DNA of 64,000 nucleotides from Pseudogymnoascus verrucosus (Eukaryota): NCBI GenBank assembly GCA_001662655.1, contig KV460259.1; one strand, 5' to 3'. Shown piece by piece: positions 60,780 to 64,000 of this stretch (position 1 is its first letter; each line of letters starts with the position of its first letter). The notes under the pieces were generated by a model. It saw only the letters and a program-made list of their open reading frames with translations, ran no database searches and was not told where the DNA came from. The position numbers and the translations under genes were made by a program.

Positions 60780-60931
60780 TGAGGGAAATATAGATAAGGC
60801 ACATACAAACTATTTCGAATGTTAAATCTGGGCATAATGGAACAAATGTTGTAGTGATCTAAACAATTAGCCCCTACTCTTGTATCTAATTTCGTAGCTT
60901 CGTAGCTTGTAAGTATTGGGATGTCATATTA

Positions 60932-62671
60932 TCATATTTGAGACTCCATCATCTCTTTCACACCATACCCGACACCCCCGCCTTCTCCTCCATTGTGTAC
61001 ATCCCTCCACGACCACTCCCACCTCCCATCATCCTCCAGCACCAACTTTACCATCCCCTGCCGCAACTGTCTATGCACCTCTTCCATCTCCCAAAACTCG
61101 CGAATCATCCGCACACCAAGGACGCTATCCCACATCCCCTCCCGTCTCGGACACCGACCCAGCAACTCTATCGCCTGTTCCCTCAACGGCACATCCGTAC
61201 ATTTGATGCAAACATAGTACAGCGGCGCCACAACGCCCATATCAGTGCTGAACGTGAGCCCCCCTGCCAACCTGCCGTTTCCGCGCTGGATATCCTGCTC
61301 CGCGGCTGCAACAAGGGATTGCGAGAGGCTGACCACGGTTTGGAAGTCGTTGGTGCTCTGGGAAAAAATCAGGGGGTCGTTAGCTGCGGTGACGATGCTC
61401 CGGGGATCGGTGGGGTCGGGGACGCAGCGGCCCATGATTGTGGCGGTTGTGTGGTGGATCTTTAGGAGCGCGGCGCCGCGGATTTGAAGGGCGGTGAGGG
61501 CGTGTGATTTAAGGGACATGAAGGCGGAGAAGGAGGAGTCCCAGGCGAGGAGTTGCGCGCTGTAGGTTTTGTAGGTAGCGTAGGCTTCTGGGGGTTGGAC
61601 GTTCATTGGTTTGGTCCCTTTGCGTAACATTAGCCAAAATACTCAACTGTGGCTGAGGCAGGATGGATAGGGTATGATAGAGGGTTTAAACAACAGACTT
61701 CACTTGCCATCACATATGTAGAACACTCTAAATAGCCCATTAGTAGCCACATCCAGCGCATATCTCGCCTCCTCCAAGTCTTCAAACGACTCCGGGATTG
61801 GAGCCGGCTCCTTCGTCTTTATGTGCATGAGTTGCTTCGCAAACCGTCTCTTATCAAAGGAATTCCTCGTATCGACATACAAAATCGACTGGGCAGAGAG
61901 TCGCATAAATAGCGGCGCTATACTTTGCTCCGCAATATCTCTATCTTCTTCACTCCGACTGCCCAAATCTCGTAATATCTCCAATCCACTTTGTAAATGC
62001 ATCATGGCGAAATCAAAACGCCCTCTTAAATAGTCAAAACAAACAAAGAGAAGGCATGACATCAGTGCCGTGAGGGGTGCTTGTTTTCCTTCAGATAAGG
62101 ACCGGCGCAGGTGGGAGACTGCTTTCATGTATTGGTTTATAGCGAACGTGGACTCGGGATTCTCGTGGCCATGTGAAATTCCTCCTAGGCGCTTATTTGT
62201 GAATTCCTCGTGGAGAGCAGCGATTGCTATGACGGCATGGCGTAGCGATGGTTCGGCCGCGCTTGCTTGGAGGATGAGGTATTCCCAGAACGACGACGTG
62301 TAATAGCCCGTGAGCTCCCTTGCAGTATTCGTGAAGAAATATTGAAATCCGCGTTTCTCTTGTGTAGTGCCTGGAATTCGCACGAGGACTCGATGGATTA
62401 TGGCGGCGGCTGCTTGCTGATCGTGTGCGTTCGAGGGAAGGATATCGGAGACATAGCCGTCGCATTTTCGACCTGTGCTAATGCAGCGCTGGCATGTGGG
62501 TTTGGATTCATCGCATTTGACTCGTCTGATCCTGTGTATGCATATATTAGTACTGTAGAGTGCCAGATGCAGAGGGGTTGAGAAGGAAGCCTACTTGCAT
62601 GTCTTGCATCCAGTCTTAGAATTGGAAGTGCGTCGTCGTCGTTGTCGCGCGGGGACTAATGCTTCCGTCAT
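60932..62671 (-). CDS. Zn(II)2Cys6 transcription factor
   Basis: Exons 62671-62595, 62531-61708, 61617-60932; SKTGCKTCK|IRRVKCDESKPTCQRCISTGRKCDGY; LRHAVIAIAALHE; PRREGMWDS. Confidence 0.92.
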
Positions 62672-63295
62672 AGTTAAAAGCCACAGACTACAATACGGAA
62701 AGGGATATAGGAAATAGCCATAATGAGAGAAGCCTGCGCGGAACCTAGGAATTGTTCATTACGCTAATTGCTACCTTGTATAGTATGTACGTGTGCAGCG
62801 ATCGTTTCAATGCTGAAAACCGAGCCGCCTTGGACCCTGGTACCCGCCTGGCTGTTTGTCTATTTTGGGCATTGGAGTAAATATTACGAACGAACGAATC
62901 ATAAGAGTCGGTTGATGATTATGTAAGAAAATTTATAGTTATGGATATCAGATCCACAACGTCAGATCCTCAAGTTCTCCACACAGACACCGTAGACTGC
63001 CTTGTACTAACCACAAAATTCTCTTGATATCTGTAAAAATGTGCTTAACTAATGCTTCAGCCTCGATTTACCCCCTGCTCGCGTTACGTGCTTATGCTAC
63101 GGAACACTCGTTTCGTCGTAGTCGTCGTCGTCCTCATCTTCGTTCTTTCACACTAATGATGTGCTTGTGTGTAGGTAACGCATATACTCTCTACAGTATA
63201 TAAGTTTTCTCCTTCCCCCATAATGGCTTTACCTTCAGAGCAAATATCTTACAATATCTGGCTCTAATTTGTACTCATACTTTTCGTTTCCAGCA

Positions 63296-64000
63296 ATGTT
63301 CCTTCTTAATCAGAAAAACAGGTCCACCAGTGTCCTGATCGCTTTGGTTTTGGCGGCTGGCTCCGCTGCCCTTAGTTTTCAGGCGACACAAACAGATGCT
63401 CCCACTGTTCTTCCCACTCCTATTACTACTTTTGTCACTACTCTGGTTCCTCGTACTCAGTTTATTACAATCGACCCCATCACCCTTCCGGACGAGACAG
63501 TTGCAGCTAAAACCATCACACTCGATATCCCCGAGTGCAGCCCAACAATCGCGCCAGATTCAAATGGATATGTTCCTCCAGGCAACTGCAATGCCCAATA
63601 TAACTATTACCCGTCTTTTGCTGCTGCGCTCGTTGCCACCATCTTTTTTGGCGTCGTTACATTTGTTCACATCGCCGAGGGTATCAAGTATAAGAAGGTT
63701 AGTCTTCCGAATAATTGTTGGAATTTTAGCTAACAAAGTTTTCCATCGAAAGGGGTTCTATTGGGTCATCATCATGGGGTCAATTTGGGAGTTTGGTTCT
63801 TACGCTACGAGGACAATAAGTACGCGGTACCAACAGAATTCAGGTCTAGCACTTATTTCTCAAATTCTCATTCTCCTCGCGCCGATATGTAGGTAGCATC
63901 CTGTCTCCCTTTGCGCACATCCCATTTTAACGCTCGCAAGTTATCAACGCATACGCCTACACCATTCTTGGGCGAATGGCGCACTTCTACCTTCCTTCAT
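63296..64000 (+). CDS. RTA1-family membrane protein with N-terminal signal and Thr/Pro-rich ectodomain (3' truncated)
   Basis: YNYYPSFAAALVATIFFG, WVIIMGSIWEFGSYATR, LILLAPI|..INAY..LGRM; runs off the window. Confidence 0.85.

Noticed and set aside
1..64000. Secondary-metabolite cluster, intact transposon, tRNA or rRNA genes
   Set aside because: No PKS, NRPS, terpene synthase, transposase or reverse transcriptase catalytic motifs, and no recognisable tRNA or rRNA sequence seen.

Overview
Eukaryotic genomic DNA from a filamentous ascomycete (Pezizomycotina): short GT-AG introns with CTAAC/CTGAC branch sites, about 27 protein genes. Most of the window is ordinary housekeeping and metabolic content: OLA1/YchF 3' end, ApsA/Num1, Cwc24, a PL1 pectate lyase, an F-box protein, a BIM1-like GPI protein, a STRAP-like WD40 protein, Doa1, NmrA, a P450, a purine-cytosine permease, a PTH11-like receptor, an aldo-keto reductase, an FAD oxidoreductase, GH17 BtgC, a mitochondrial carrier, AA16, a Zn2Cys6 factor and RTA1. 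The stand-out region is about 9.0-18.1 kb. It holds a head-to-head pair of secreted peptidoglycan hydrolases, a CHAP amidase/peptidase and a GH24 muramidase, carrying near-identical (58/73 aa) SH3-like cell-wall-binding modules and sharing a promoter region with repeated motifs. Downstream are a sulfotransferase-like gene, an atypical PARG and a tiny Kex2-processed six-cysteine secreted peptide. I read this as a candidate fungal antibacterial island (inference). Other oddities: a diverged Atg3 head-to-head with a PAH-only (Sin3-like) gene, a WRKY/GCM1-type zinc finger fused to an isochorismatase-family hydrolase, a Uma2-like nuclease-fold gene, and a densely self-complementary intergenic stretch. 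All family assignments come from motif recognition by eye; no database search was run.
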